Below, piece by piece: positions 50,942 to 64,000 of a stretch of DNA of 64,000 bases. This DNA comes from Takakia lepidozioides. Taxonomy: Eukaryota > Plantae > Bryophyta. The stretch is from positions 45,012,001-45,076,000 of the forward strand of contig CM060731.1 of NCBI GenBank assembly GCA_030704615.1. Direction: 5' to 3'. Under the pieces are notes generated by a model. The model was not told the origin of the DNA, searched no databases, and saw only the letters and a list, made by a program, of their open reading frames with translations. Positions within the stretch are counted from its first letter, which is position 1. The number at the start of each line of letters is the position of its first letter. The translations under genes and the position numbers were made by a program.

Positions 50942-51778
50942 CTATGCTATCAACTTCCAGACTTCTCTCAAAGTACCTCGCTCTGCTTGATGGTAAGGTG
51001 TAGGAGGTATATCTGTGTCCAGAAACCTGCCACTAACCTTGTCCCAAGCTACAGTAGCTCGCTCTAACCAACCCTCCTCCTCTTTCTGCCAGGTAGAGAC
51101 AAAGCAACACTCTGCTATCTCCCGCTCACTGAACACTAAAGAAAACAAAGGTAGGGTCTGATAGTCTCTCAACTCGAAAGCTTTGAGACGGTTGCGGGTG
51201 TCTTCATTGCGAATGACTGCATCGCCTTCAAACAGAACAAACTTGTCCTCGCTAATGAACCCCCGCTCGTGGTTGCCTTGTGCAGAGCGTGTCCGACTGC
51301 AACACTGTCTAATTGCACAAACTTGTGCAGCTCCTGCTCCTCTGCTCCAGTACACCACGGCCTTGTGGCTGAACACCTTGGTCCCCGGTGCTGTCTTTGG
51401 CTGTGTTCCAAGCCTAGCTTTCACCCACTTTGGTATTTCACCTACAGCTGCAGAACTGCTGGCTCCAACAGAGTTCTGACTGTCCAAGGCGATATTGAGG
51501 CCCTCAATGCCAACTACAGCAGTCTGTTGTCTACTGCTAATGCCTGACTCCCAGTATGCAATCAACTCGTCCAACTGTTCTCCACTCAAATCAGTCTGAG
51601 TTCCTTGGGAAACATAAATCCTGTCCCCTTGTGTGCACAGGCTAAGAGAAGAGACCTGCCCTTCAATTACGTCCTCATTTCCCCCAGCCATGCAAGGAGT
51701 ACATCCACAGGTTTGTCTCTCATATAGGCCAGCACAGGTTCTAGAAACAGGATTGTGGATATTTCGTGGCACACTCAC
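50942..51778 (-). CDS. extra ORF of unknown function upstream of gag (278 aa)
   Basis: Uninterrupted ORF, same sense as gag and inside the TSD-bounded element; non-ATG start call; no recognised domain. Confidence 0.5.
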   Translation of the reverse strand: MSVPRNIHNPVSRTCAGLYERQTCGCTPCMAGGNEDVIEGQVSSLSLCTQGDRIYVSQGTQTDLSGEQLDELIAYWESGISSRQQTAVVGIEGLNIALDSQNSVGASSSAAVGEIPKWVKARLGTQPKTAPGTKVFSHKAVVYWSRGAGAAQVCAIRQCCSRTRSAQGNHERGFISEDKFVLFEGDAVIRNEDTRNRLKAFELRDYQTLPLFSLVFSEREIAECCFVSTWQKEEEGWLERATVAWDKVSGRFLDTDIPPTPYHQAERGTLREVWKLIA

Positions 51779-52254
51779 ACTCTAAAAATTCCATAGATTT
51801 TTAGCAGAGTCCCAAAAACAGAAACCAGGTCTAGATAGGTAGATTTCCCCTTTCTGCAGCTATCCCCTCAAAAACTGTGTCAAACAGAGTTCATTTGCCA
51901 AAGATATGACCAATTAGGCTCTAAATCCTTTAACTTAGATCAAAAGGGTTTTTTTTTTTTTTTTTTTTCTTTTTCTTTTTCTTTTCAAATTTAAAAATTC
52001 AAAGGAAGGTGAGAAGCTCTTTGGAAACTTCCCCTATCCTTACATGCTTTTCCACCTGGGTCATGCTTTCTCCCTGCATGGGGTGGAATTTGCATATGCT
52101 TATCAGCGTTGGAGAGGGCGGCAAGAGCGGACGTACTGATTGCGGGCGTACAGAGCTGAAGGATGGGCTTTAGGGGCTATGGCGGCTGTCTCAATGCAGG
52201 TTGTAGCGGAAGTCTCCTGCTCGACTCTGTGGCAGTCGGGCTTTCTGGCGGGTT

Positions 52255-52452
52255 CCAATGTGCAGATGGTTACCACCTCCATGGGGATGCTCAACAGGGT
52301 TCATGGCCACACCCCGCACCTTAGTCCAGCTATTGCGCTTCACCTTGTACTTGTGATATGCACACCTTCAGCATAGTCTTCTCTGTTCGGCCCCTTCCAA
52401 CAACCTGCCCTACCATCGCTCGGCATCCGCTTGGTATAACCTTCTTTGCTCC
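52255..52452 (-). pseudogene. RPL8: fragment of 60S ribosomal protein L8/uL2 mRNA
   Basis: [17 protein letters not shown]...[36 protein letters not shown], with one frameshift. Confidence 0.92.
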
Positions 52453-52521
52453 CTTAGTGAGAAGGATGTATCTTTTGTGCTCGTTGCATTTCGTGTCCAA
52501 TTACTCCATCTACGTTGAGGA

Positions 52522-52824
52522 TCAAAGAGAAAGCAACGACACCTGCTCGTCAAGCGAGCACTCAACACAGCACGAAGTGCGGCAGCGAGCTGGAATGAGC
52601 ACAAGGCCCAGGCTACGTTGTTCCATAGGCGGGGGCTCCTTCATCACTGATGCAGAGGGGCCAGGAATTTGCCTGAACTCCAGAGTGTCATACAAAATTA
52701 TGTTCCCTTGTTTGTCCAGACAATGAAATTTCTCCACAAACACTCGTCCGTCCTCTACTCCCACACGCAGCCTGCGATACAGAAGCTTCCGCGCCCGCTT
52801 CACAATGGGCTTCACCGTCTCCAC
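52522..52824 (-). CDS. NAA38: Sm-like NatC auxiliary subunit (NAA38/MAK31-like), intronless copy with an open frame
   Basis: RKLLYRRLRVGVEDGRVF...FHCLDKQGNIILYDTLEFR...EQRSLGLVLIPARCRTSC; ATG to stop, 100 aa. Confidence 0.75.
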   Translation of the reverse strand: METVKPIVKRARKLLYRRLRVGVEDGRVFVEKFHCLDKQGNIILYDTLEFRQIPGPSASVMKEPPPMEQRSLGLVLIPARCRTSCCVECSLDEQVSLLSL

Positions 52825-52911
52825 TCCCTGCTCCTCCTGCTTCTCTTCTCTACCTTCTTCTGCTGCAGCCGTCCACTTTGTTGGAGTAGGATCCCCTCCT
52901 CGGGTCGAAGG

Positions 52912-53476
<565 letters not shown>

Positions 53477-53807
53477 TCACCGAAGTTGCGCATGAGGAAA
53501 ATCGCTCCTGCAAAAAGCGCCTCTGCTCGCAACAACCTCAAGTGTGCAGCCAGCTTCTCCTCATCTCCACTGCCCACTGCTTCTTCAATTTCGGAAAGGC
53601 AGTCGCAGCCATGCTTGCTGGATTGCACCGACTCCCTCTTTGTTTATTGCTGCAACTTGACCCCATTCTCAGATATAGCCACATGTTGACAAAAATTGCA
53701 GCAACATCTCAAGCCTCCCGTTCTGCTCCCCGTGACCAAGCTATATTATAATAGTGCTTAAAAAACAAAAACATCATATCTAGCTTAGCACTGGAAAACT
53801 AGATAGA

Positions 53808-54117
53808 GCTCATCTTTCTCGAGTGATAGAAAACCAACGAACACACTGGTTACACAAAACATGAAAACCAAACCATCACTCTTTAAAACAGTAGTCGAGC
53901 CAGGGGCACCCCAAGCTATGGGGACTCCACCCCACAACAACCTACACTCCCATCATGAGTACACTCAGACCTAAACGCATGCAGGAGTTCGGTCGCGCAG
54001 GCTCAACTCGAGAAAGATGAGCCGCGCGACTGCCGCTCTCGTGAAGATAAGACGGACCAGGTGTCAAACTAAACTTGACACCTGATTTAACACTTGACCT
54101 AAATCCAAGTGTTAAAT
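53808..54117. other. cluster of perfect inverted repeats at the retroelement 5' end
   Basis: 17-bp IR 53808-53824/54006-54022; 10-bp stem 54058-54067/54075-54084; 12-bp stem 54085-54096/54106-54117. Confidence 0.9.
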
Positions 54118-54540
54118 ACAAATAACTAGTTTTATTCTAGCTGTTTTCACACTGTGCTTATTTAACTTGACAACTTGTTTGTCAAAATGACGAAGCTTAC
54201 ATTTGTGCTGTGCTTCAGCTAGTTCATTTTAAAGCAACATCCCTCTGTGGCCTTATTCATCATGGTCTAAAATCCATCACCCTTTGTAGGAGGGCTTCCC
54301 TTGAGGATCTGTAATGGAGATCTGAAAGGACTTGAAAATTTCGTCAGCTACAACTTCTACCTATTTGGCAAGGTTGGTCCAGCTTCAAGGGAAAGAATAG
54401 AGGGTACATTGTCTCATCCATTTGAGGCTCTTCAAGATCCCCTTTCACAACAGAAGCCCAATCCATGTTTGATCCTTCGACCAAAGGGTTTCTTACTCTT
54501 CCCATCAGTGACCATTTTCAGTGGCTTTCAGGGACTTGTT

Positions 54541-56066
54541 TCAAGCGCTCAACAAGTGCTCAGCAACCTTCATGACTTTCTCGCGAGTGCTCAACGCCTT
54601 GATGCCCTTGAAAACCTCTCTATCGTGTTTCTTATTCTCACCCCGCATGAAATTTGTCAACTTCCCATACATCGTGTCGATGTCATGGGTTCCGAATGCT
54701 TGCATTACTACACGCTCCATGTCTTTAAAAGGCATCACATTCTCTTTATTCTCACTGCCAGGGAACACAGAAATGAATTAGCTGTGATCACAAGTAATAA
54801 AAAATTCCAAACAATAGAAAAGCAAGAGGGTGCTTTAGTACCTTTGCTGTCTGAGAAGGCTCTCCAACATCGCCACTTTCTTGAGCAGCTCAGTCTCTGT
54901 AGAAGATCTCATTGGCGGAGGCGCCAAACTGGCAGGTCCAGCTCCTTCTCCGTCATTGATCGTACCCTACTCCAGACAAGATCACAAGATCATCCTCAGC
55001 TGAAGTCCACTCTGGCTTTCTACATTTTCTCGAGAAAACGCTTAACCACATCGCTGCATATTCACCTCACTATTCAGATCCAAGGAAGACTGCATTTGAT
55101 AATAGTTTTGAGAGTAGGCCAGCACCCGATGGCCTTGCCGGACGATTCGGATAGAGAAACCTATTGGATATTGAGAATTTTACCTTCTTTTGTTTCTTCT
55201 TTGCAGCTGTCACCTTTTTCTTGAGCTCAGCGGATGCTTCAGGAAGGCTGAGGACAGCTCCCTCACCTACATCATCCAATGCCATCGTCCTCTTCTTCTT
55301 CTTCTTCTTCTTCTTCTTCTTGAGCACAGTTGGCAACTTTTTCTCAAGCTCAGCGGATGCTTCAGGAAGGCTGAGGACAGCTCCATCCACTACGTCATCC
55401 AATGCCATCTCAACCTGCAATTCCAGCCACGGTTCTGTTGAGTTTACATTCTCAATTTACAATTTGACCAATTCAGATGCAGTGGCCAAAGATGAATTCT
55501 AAAGACAAATGAAACAAACGAACTCTCTAAGCATGCATAATTTGACAAACGTACTAATGGTAGTAGACATACATATTGCTTCAATTCAATGTTCAGATTA
55601 AAACCTGAAAATCAGTGTGAGAAACAAGATCCAACCAGGGAGGACATGGGCTGCAAGGAACAATCGAGCTTGCAGACTGCACTGTGTTTTTCTTCTTCCA
55701 GTAATGTAAGATTTCTTTGGTGGCCTCGTAGATATCACTGGGTTGCCATCTATATGTTATAGATGCAAAATTGAGAGCTGCCATGTCTGAGCACTTCTGC
55801 TCAATCAACTTCTTGACCTCGATGCGTGCTTCAACATCCTCCCGAAGGTTAGGAGGATGAGTCAGAAACCCAGCCTCAACCAACCATGCTTTCAGAATCT
55901 TTCTATTATGCATGAAAGAGAGATATTGTGTGTGCCAGGTCCTACGCAAGCACTCCTTACCATACTTTTTTCCTGTCTCCCGAAATCTGTGAGCAGGGGG
56001 GTTGAAGATATCATTGTATGTGGGCGCCTCTAGCACACGTCCTTTTGCTTGTGGCATAGTACTCAT
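54541..56066 (-). pseudogene. exon-like ORFs of unknown, probably transposon accessory, origin
   Basis: ORFs 55593..56066 and 54541..54768 lie on the same strand with splice-like borders, separated by a duplicated ~65-bp block and a (CTT)n run. Confidence 0.35.
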
Positions 56067-56861
56067 AATGCTTCCTTCAGATGCCTCACATGATGATCTG
56101 TTCTTCTGGTCACAATTCCAAGCTTTTAGCCCAGTGACATCTAAGATTTGAGCAGCACTTGCATCACCTTCCTGAGCTAAGGCTTGCAGCTACTGGAGGA
56201 TCTGCAACCGCTGCAGCTCAACCCTTTTCTGTGGCTGTTCTGTGTTGGTAATAACCACAGGCTGCACGATAGATAAATTCAGAAGAGTTAATACTATGTT
56301 TAGTTCAGCCCATGTCTCTAGGTTTTTGAGCTGTCACGACTAATCACTGCGCCATGCAGTCTGATGCTCGTGAAGAGAAAGGATAACACTGTCTATTTCC
56401 GCATTTTCTAAGTATTTGAGGTGCCAAATACTTCCAATATTTTAGGGTTCATTGTGATTCAAAAAGAACATAATTAGAAACTGGAAGCAAGCATTGCCGG
56501 CTATTTGCAGACATCTTTGAAAACTGTCTAAAGTGAAGTCAAATGAGTATGCAGTTGTCTTCTCTCAACATTGCACACATTCAAGCTGAAGGCATCAGCA
56601 CTATAGGACTGCAACCACATCAAATTTTCCCAGTTCACTGAGAAGTTCAGTTTGGTAGGACAGATTAACTAGTCGGCACAGTGTTATTGTTTGTGTCAGA
56701 TGGCAATGCTTGATATCTGTTTGTGGTTTCTGGTGCAGGAGATGAGGCTTTCTGAAGGTTGAGTCTGCTGAGAGTATGTGATTCCAGATCTTTCTTGAGT
56801 ACTTGGGTGCAATGAGTCTGTCTATGGAGAAACAGATTCCTCGCCAACCCTTTCTGGCAAT

Positions 56862-57497
56862 TTGCACAGGCACACATCCCCAGGTGGACCTAAGGCTATC
56901 TTGTCCCGGGCTTCCGCCCAGCCCTGTGCAGTTCCCTCTAGCAGTAATGCTGCATATTCCAAAGATGAAGAATCAGCAGTTACTAAAGGCTCTCCCCTCC
57001 AGACATTACAGTGGCCTATGAAGTCGTCTGCTCAACTATCTGGCAATTTTGAGGAGCTGCTGACACCCAGTTCGGGGTGCCCTGGAGGGTCGGTGCCAGG
57101 GCCGACACCAATTCCTTCCCTACAACAATGCAGCGAATACAAAGAGGCTATTATCTTGGGTAACCCATTGTCGGGCAAATGCAGGTCAAAGCATGACATG
57201 TCACAAGGTCCAATTGCTCGATATATGCCGCAAGGAAAGCCTGAAGCTTGCGCACAACTTCCTAGAAAAGTGGATGGGATGATAGGAATTGACCCTCATG
57301 GTAAATCAGCTAAGCTGGCAGATGCCCTTGAAGTGCATTGTTCTCAAGCATGTCAGAAGCGGTTAATCATGTTTGACCAAAGTAGGGGGAGGGGGAGGAT
57401 ATTTGTGCGCTCAGCTCTTGTCCAGGAAATGTGCTCTCTATCACAAGCGGCTTCGACCATTGGTGATGATGGACGGCCTACTGAGATAATACCTTAA
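56862..57497 (+). pseudogene. possible SAC51-like bHLH gene N-terminal fragment
   Basis: QKRLIMFDQSRGRGRIF resembles the SAC51-family QKRFLxFDQSG motif; no bHLH domain seen downstream. Confidence 0.4.
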
Positions 57498-58721
57498 TAT
57501 CTTTCAAAAATGCTACACAAGGATTGAAAGCAAGCATTCCTAAAAAAAACACACATGACATGGACAGTGTAGTAGTTGAGAGAGAGAATGAAGAAAAGTA
57601 GCAACAACTAGGTCAAAACGAGTTTGAGGCAATTAAACCCATTCACCGAGTTGGAATGGTAAGAAGACAACCTTGACATGTATGCCATGATGCCAAAAGC
57701 TGCCCATCTTCCTGCTCAGCCACTTCTTGAACTTGAAGAAGAAGATGGCTACGAGTCAAGACAACTACTCATAACCCCTCAAAATGCAAACTGTTTGGCA
57801 TTCCTGCATAGTACGTACCTTACCTCTGGCAGCTAGGACACTAAAGGGGATCATTCACCCTATTCATTTGAGAACCTGAATGAGCAGGGAATAGGTCCAA
57901 TTAAGGCACCTTGTTTGAAGTCTTTGCAGGTTTCTTCAAAGCTTGTTGCAAGGGCGGTAGATTCAGTTCGCGCAACTTCGCATTGTTTCTCTTGATGTTC
58001 TCCATGCGTAGCTTTTCGTAATTGGTAAGCACTTCAACATCCTCTTCATTGGATAGAAGAGATGTTGGTAGAAGGGGTTGCTTTATCTGCAAACAAAATT
58101 CCATTAGTCTTGGCTAAAAGAGATGTCTCCCACATTTCAGGGCTTGAAATGTGAAGCAGGAAGCAGGAAGACTGAGAGTCTTTGTTTTCAAACTTGGGGG
58201 GAATTTGAGCATGCATCGCCAGGCAGTTGTTATAATTCCCTTGTTATTCATGAGCATATATCCATTTAGTCAGACCATGAGCATGTTAAAACACACAATG
58301 ATGTCAAACATCATCACTATGTAAGTACTAGCGAAGAGAGCGGGTAGAGAGAGGAGTCAACTGTAAGGTATATTACAGGCTGATTACATGCCGATCACGA
58401 ATTGGCATGATATTGAGGCAATCGCCCATACACTTTTTCCATGCATGATATTCTTTTCATTCACAATATGGCTGGGATTATCTTTGCATTCTTACATAAC
58501 TGCCAGTTTAATGTTCCAGGAAGGTGATTTAAGAGCATATTCCCTGGCAACGGAGAGTGGGAGATGTAGCTCACAGGAGAAGATTTGCTACTCCAGGGGG
58601 ATTTAAGTAACCACACAGGGAATTGACTTGAGTTGTAAACCTTGTAAGCTGCTCATCATTGTTCACCTTAGCCGCGTTAGGTTAGATAGAGGGATACATT
58701 AGCAGGATCAAGATGATGCTA

Positions 58722-59044
58722 TTTTGGATGTCGTCAGTGCTAGCCTTTGAATCAGCAGGCAATGCCCCCAGCAACAGGATTTTCTTTGAAATGCACAGCT
58801 CCTTTGTCAAGTTTCAGTTGAGTTTCACAACAGTGGATCTTTCAGGCTTATTTCACTAAAGTATCACAATGATACCTTTTAAATTTTGGATGTCGTCGGT
58901 GCCAGCCTTTGAATCAGTAGGCAATGCCCCAACAACAGGATTTTCTTTGAAATGCACAGCTGCTTTGTCAAGTTTCAGTTGAGTTCCACACCAGTGGATC
59001 TTTCAGGCTCATTTCACTAAAGTATCACAATTATACCTTTTAAA
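58722..59044. repeat. tandem duplication of ~162 bp
   Basis: TTTTGGATGTCGTC...ATACCTTTTAAA occurs twice in tandem with few mismatches. Confidence 0.9.
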
Positions 59045-60902
59045 CCAACATGGACAGTGCTAAATTCCAGGGTTTTAAGATTCATCACAATACAGATTCA
59101 TCATTCTCATTCCTTGCCCTGGTAACGCTTACAACGGACACATGATCTCAAACTCCAATCCTAAATGAGCTAGAGGAGATAAAATACCTCCAGAGGGTTA
59201 TTAGAACTTGGTTTGCAATGCGGAACCTTGAATCTCATTGGAGTCCTCCAGGCACCTCCAGCAACTCATCCTCTAGCATCCGATAAGTAAAAAACAAAAG
59301 CTCATGTAATCCAGCTCCTGAACACAACCGAAATCCCATAGCGCTGGTCATCATGCTCTTCTTCTTCCTGTCCGCCATTGTTCCTGGCGCGACTACCTCC
59401 CGCCATATCTATCCATTTTTTTAACATCATCCATTACAAAGTTTTTAGTTCATCCATTCTCAAGGGGTTGGGTACTTCATCCATTTTGGAAGGATCCCAC
59501 CTGGCTCCCGTGCAGGTGTCCACCGGTCGGCTCCCAGACATGGGTGGGGGGTCACCCTGCTGCGATGGCTGACCGGAAGGCACGGGCATGGAAGTCCTGG
59601 ATTAGGATAGGAAACCAATTTTGTCCAGCTTTTTGAAACATTGTGACCCCGAAAAGAAGGTACGTTGTGGGGTAAAAGGGGCATACCATAGATATCAGCA
59701 TCCTGCCAATTCAGCCCGCGCTCATGGCAGTGGGTCAGCATAACCCCTACAGATGTTGAGTGACCCCTTAGAGCCGCAATGTAGAGTGGAGTCTCTCAGT
59801 GTTGGAAAGCTGTCAGACCACAATCAATGAAGCCGGGGAGGAAGCCGGGAGCTCCCAGTGGCTAGAAGTCTTAGATCGTCATCTACCCCCTGTGTTAGTA
59901 CATTTGGCACCCATGGTGAGTCCTCTCATTATAAGCTGTGGCCAGAGCTATGTGGTATGGAATTTATGTGCCCATGCCAGTTTTACGATTGCTCAGGTTA
60001 CATACTCATTCTTGGCTGAATTGAATGCCCATAATGTACCAACAGAGATAGCAATGGCAGTTGCAAAAACTGGTACTTGCGATCAACTCTTACCATATTT
60101 ACAGGATCAAGATCTATCAACTTAGACTATGTGTTTTGGGCATACAACAAGGATTGCTATGTATGGTTGGCAGGCGTTCCTATGGCACATCCCGCGGAGT
60201 CTGCATTGCAAGATCTGACAGCAACTTGGACGGAGGCCTCAATAGTTATGCGCCATGAATTTGAAGTTACCATGGCTCAATGTATATTGTCAATCTACAT
60301 CTGGTTAAAACTGCTTGGTGATGATTTTGGATACAGGTTCGAGGGGCAGCATTGACATGTTTTGCAGGCTTGACAGCTGCTGCCTTCTCAAAATTTTCAC
60401 CATCCAAGCAAGATTTTGTCTTGTCTACCGTTGTACGCCCCTGTGAGCTCTTCTGCACTCCACACAGACGCAATACTGCCTTCTTTGGTTTATTTCCATG
60501 ATCTTGGAATCATGGTAAATCTGGCTGTCCTGATTCTACAAAAACTTACTTTGCATATTTGGGACAAACTTCTGTCTGTCCCATGCCCTTGGGGCCCCTT
60601 CTTCCTCTGTATTTTTCTGTATTTGTTGGGCTATCATTCAGTTTATGGAGCACCACAATTGGAATTACCCAAACTAGCTGGGCTCTCCCGTTGTGTATTG
60701 AGGGCTGTATGGCTTCTTCTTATGGTCAGAGATTGTTTTCTGGTTTAGTGTGAACATAACAAGAAACAAAGACGTTGTTGTTGCACATTTTGCCTGCAGC
60801 GATGGCCCTCATGTTGAAGAGGTTAGTTTTCTGAGATTCTGGATCACTTGCATGCCCACTCTAAGATGCAATTTTGAATGTGGGTGGCTTGCATATGGAG
60901 GG

Positions 60903-60977
60903 AGCAGTTCACTGGATGTGGTGATCAGCTCTTTGGGCCTTCACTGGGTCAATGATCTTCCAGGTGCAATGTCGCAG
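60903..60977 (+). pseudogene. fragment of an NDUFAF5-like methyltransferase gene
   Basis: SSLDVVISSLGLHWVNDLPGAMSQ. Confidence 0.7.
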
Positions 60978-61165
60978 GAACACTTCAATGACAGATACTT
61001 GAGATAGTCCATCAGCCCTGTTTTGATTATTCAGTCAGTGAGGGCTCAAGTACTTGTACTCAGCCCGAGGTTTAAGCATTCGGAAGGAAGGAGGGCGATT
61101 GGAGGTGAATCCCTACTTGTGCAACATTTCAGAGTGAGCAAACTCAGTGGGGCGGGAAGGAGACA

Positions 61166-63757
61166 ATGCGTGGAACAGTGTCGATTGCAGACGTTGGAGG
61201 GATAGAGATTGATCAAAGGTATTTAAGAATGCCGAGGCAAGGCCGGGACAGACGAATTTGGTGCCGATGTATGCAGTGCAGACAAACTGCACAGGGAGAA
61301 AGACTAGTTAGCCACAACACAGCTGCTGCTCATGTATGGAGGGATGGCATTTCTGACTTAGATGAACGAATCGATCGCCCCACCTCACAAGATGTAGAGG
61401 CACAAGAGTTGTCTTCTCAAGGGACAACATTAGGTGATGATGAAGAATTGGTAGACAATGTTCAAGTTGTGGAGGAGGCTCAAATTGAGCATTTGGAGGA
61501 CAATGTTGGTACCCCGATGACATTGGCTTCTGCCTTGTTGACCTGGCTCATAGCAGTGCAAGGGGTATGGGACAGCAGTGGCATGTCCATCGAACTACAG
61601 GGCTTTATGCTCAAAGAGTTGTTTGGGGGGCTCAACATCAGGCGTGAGACTCCACTTGGGGAGCAGACTTTGGGGAAGTTGCTTAAACAAATGCCTGCAG
61701 ATTGGAACGGAGACTTGGATGGGATCCAAGCACCCTCATCGTGGGACAAGTTGTTGGAAACCTACAAGGAGTTAGGGATGGTGAAAGCAAGAAGGTGGAG
61801 GATGTGTGTGGGTACCGAGGAATTTGCACATGCTGCTAATGTCTACAGACCTAGCATGGAGGATAATTACAAAACTAGCCAAGTACAAAGTTGTGGGTGC
61901 AATCCACCAAAGAACAAACGCGATTGTTTGGAGTGTGCCGAGCAATGTGCAGATTGTGGGACTTTGAGGAAGGACATGGTTGCCTTTGATTACCTCCCAA
62001 TTGCGGAGCAACTGGATCTTATCATGCACTCGAAAACATATTGCAGAGAGATCTTGACCCTCTGGAGGAACCGTGATTGCTAGATGGGCAGGGATGCGAC
62101 AGACGCCCCTGCTCGGTTGGAAGAGTTATGGGATGGTGAAAAAATGAGGGTTTATCAAAAAATTTGGAACCCAGAGCAGGAGTGGGAGTTACCGACAGAG
62201 TGCCCTAATTCAGCTTGTAGAATGGTGTACAATGCATTTCCAAGCAGGTCTGAATACTTGAGGCGTGGTTGGGACGATGTAAGAGCGGTGTATGACTTTG
62301 AATGTTGGCGGTGTCAAGGCAGCATTGTAGCACCAAAGAAAATGTGCAAGGGTGACCCAAGGTACATCGCTTTGGGAGCCCATTGGGATGGGTTTTTGAC
62401 AACAAGACGCAATTCAAGAAATTGTTGGGTACTAGAAGTAAATATCTTGAACGCAGGCAAGGGAAGTTCCATTAGTTTGTTGCCCGTGTTGTTCATTCCC
62501 TTCAACACATGTCAAGAGGCTATTTTGGACAGGGTGAAGGATTCAAGGGCCTCCTTTTTACAACCTTTCATGGAGGAATTGGAGCAGATGTTTGTAGATG
62601 GATTTCAAACCCATTTCCGATATCCTCCACGCTTGATTAGCAGACATCTGTCAACGGAGGAAGGGCCCGTAGTTATAAGGGCCATGTTGATGTTGTTCAG
62701 GGGAGACCATCCTGCCCAATGCAAGATTGGAATGTTGAAGGCATCTGGTAAAGGGGGCTGCAGGAGGTGCGTAATGCATTCTACTTTGGTGGGTGGTCAA
62801 TACGTGTATGATCATAACCGTCTGCAAGTTCATGATGCCCCTCGACGACGATCTGTTTAGGAATTGTTTAAGTGTGTTCGAAAGTGGAAACGTGCATCCA
62901 CAAATGCTGTTCGAGAACAGCTTGGACGTGAGAGTGGTGTTTCAGGAGAGTCACCTCTTTGGCGGTTGTACCACCTCTATGCGTTTGACATCTCTCAAGA
63001 TCTAGTTTACGATATGATGCATATTGCAGGTTTGAACCTCTTCAAATACTTCATCTCCAAGCTATTCTCTGAAGTGGTTGGCCTCCAAGATGCCTCTGCG
63101 CTATTAGTAGAGATCACACATATATGCAAATGCGTCACCAGCACACGACCGTACGAACTCAAGCAAGGCAGGTGGCTGACTAATCCTGTAGAGAGGCATT
63201 CTGCATACATGGCTGAAGAAAATCAGCATTTCGTTCAATGGATGTTGCCGCACGTCCTTAATTTGCTGCACGGACGAATATCTCAGAGCAGGTGGACAAT
63301 TGGGTTCATTCTTGTGGATATTTCTCATTATTTTTTTAATTGGACAAGGAGGAAGGGATGGATGGTAGAGGACCTTGATGCTGTACGTGTCCTCCTCCAA
63401 GCATGGCGAGTGCACTCGGAGGAGCTGGATGGACCCAATGGTGCTCCTTTAGAACATGTTACAGGTGCTGCACATATTCTAGAAGATGTTCTTAGGTTTG
63501 GGCCCAATGATGTGTACTGGTGCTTTGCTTTTGAGCGCGAAGTCTCGCGCTATGGAAGAATAAAGACGAACCAAAAGTTCATGGAGACCACCTTTATTCA
63601 GTACTATTCACGGAGGCTTTTTAGCAGTGTGATGGATCAGGTTGGCGAGGAGAAGGATGGCCTCCAGATGGACCAGCGAGCCATTTTACTAATACACAAA
63701 CATCTTGTTTGTCCCACAGGTAATTGCATATGTTTATTATTTTTGTACCCAAATTGA
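61166..63757 (+). mobile_element. CMC/CACTA-superfamily DDE transposase pseudogene, different lineage from element 1
   Basis: One frame broken by TAGs at 62081-62083 and 62858-62860; WCRCMQC, LWDGEKM, HWDGF, FRGDHPAQCK, GCRRC, YDMMH and FGPNDVYWCFAFERE; termini not identified. Confidence 0.8.
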
Positions 63758-64000
63758 GGGTGTCTAGAGCTTGTTGGCTGCCCAACTTCACTTGGTTTCC
63801 GCATCTTGTCCGAAATTTTTCTCACATAGTTTTTCCTTTGATGAGCAGGAGTTGATTGGGAGATTGAAGGCCGGTTTCGGTGTCCTCCGTGGCACAACAG
63901 GTGTGCCATGAGGGTAAGGAAGCCACAAAACTACTAAGGAACACGACTCATAACGCTTGTGCTGCAATGGTGCATCTCAAGGGGATTCTAATAGGAAACA

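Noticed and set aside
51948-51985. Poly(A) tail of a LINE-mediated retrocopy
   Set aside because: No flanking TSD seen and it is separated from the recognisable mRNA fragments; treated as a simple T-run.
54301-55224. 307-aa plus-strand ORF
   Set aside because: Non-ATG start, no recognisable motif, and antisense to more protein-like minus-strand segments.
55070-55502. Poly-Lys / poly-Phe proteins
   Set aside because: Products of a (CTT)n microsatellite between two duplicated blocks.
56400-56535. Conserved SAC51-type uORF remnants
   Set aside because: The resemblance is short and needs frameshifts; it cannot be supported without an alignment.

Overview
This is repeat-dense eukaryotic nuclear DNA, most likely from a non-seed land plant such as a bryophyte, lycophyte or fern. 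That is inferred from PLS-E-DYW PPR remnants, a Tf1/Tcn1-type Gypsy element and a CRE-type LINE. I found no intact host gene. Bases 1-35.8 kb are a nest of transposons: Copia fragments, a probably self-priming Gypsy element broken by an inversion, a CRE-type LINE containing a tRNA-derived SINE, three CACTA elements carrying host-gene cargo (FCP1-like phosphatase, OSB PDF-motif/PPR, RPS3a) and a small TIR element. The standout is an 11.5-kb minus-strand Ty3/Gypsy-type retroelement (42642-54172, 4-bp TSD ACTT). It encodes Gag-protease-C5 DNA methyltransferase, then a single in-frame UAG in a CAA-CCA readthrough context, then RT-RNaseH-integrase-PHD finger. It has no ordinary LTR pair and no tRNA primer-binding site. 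Its ends are instead split direct repeats (A...B-A-B), an architecture known from tyrosine-recombinase retroelements, and its 5' region holds hairpins, an extra ORF and intronless host mRNA fragments. The window ends in a decayed CMC/CACTA-type transposase preceded by probable gene-fragment cargo. All family assignments come from motif recognition by eye; no database search was run.
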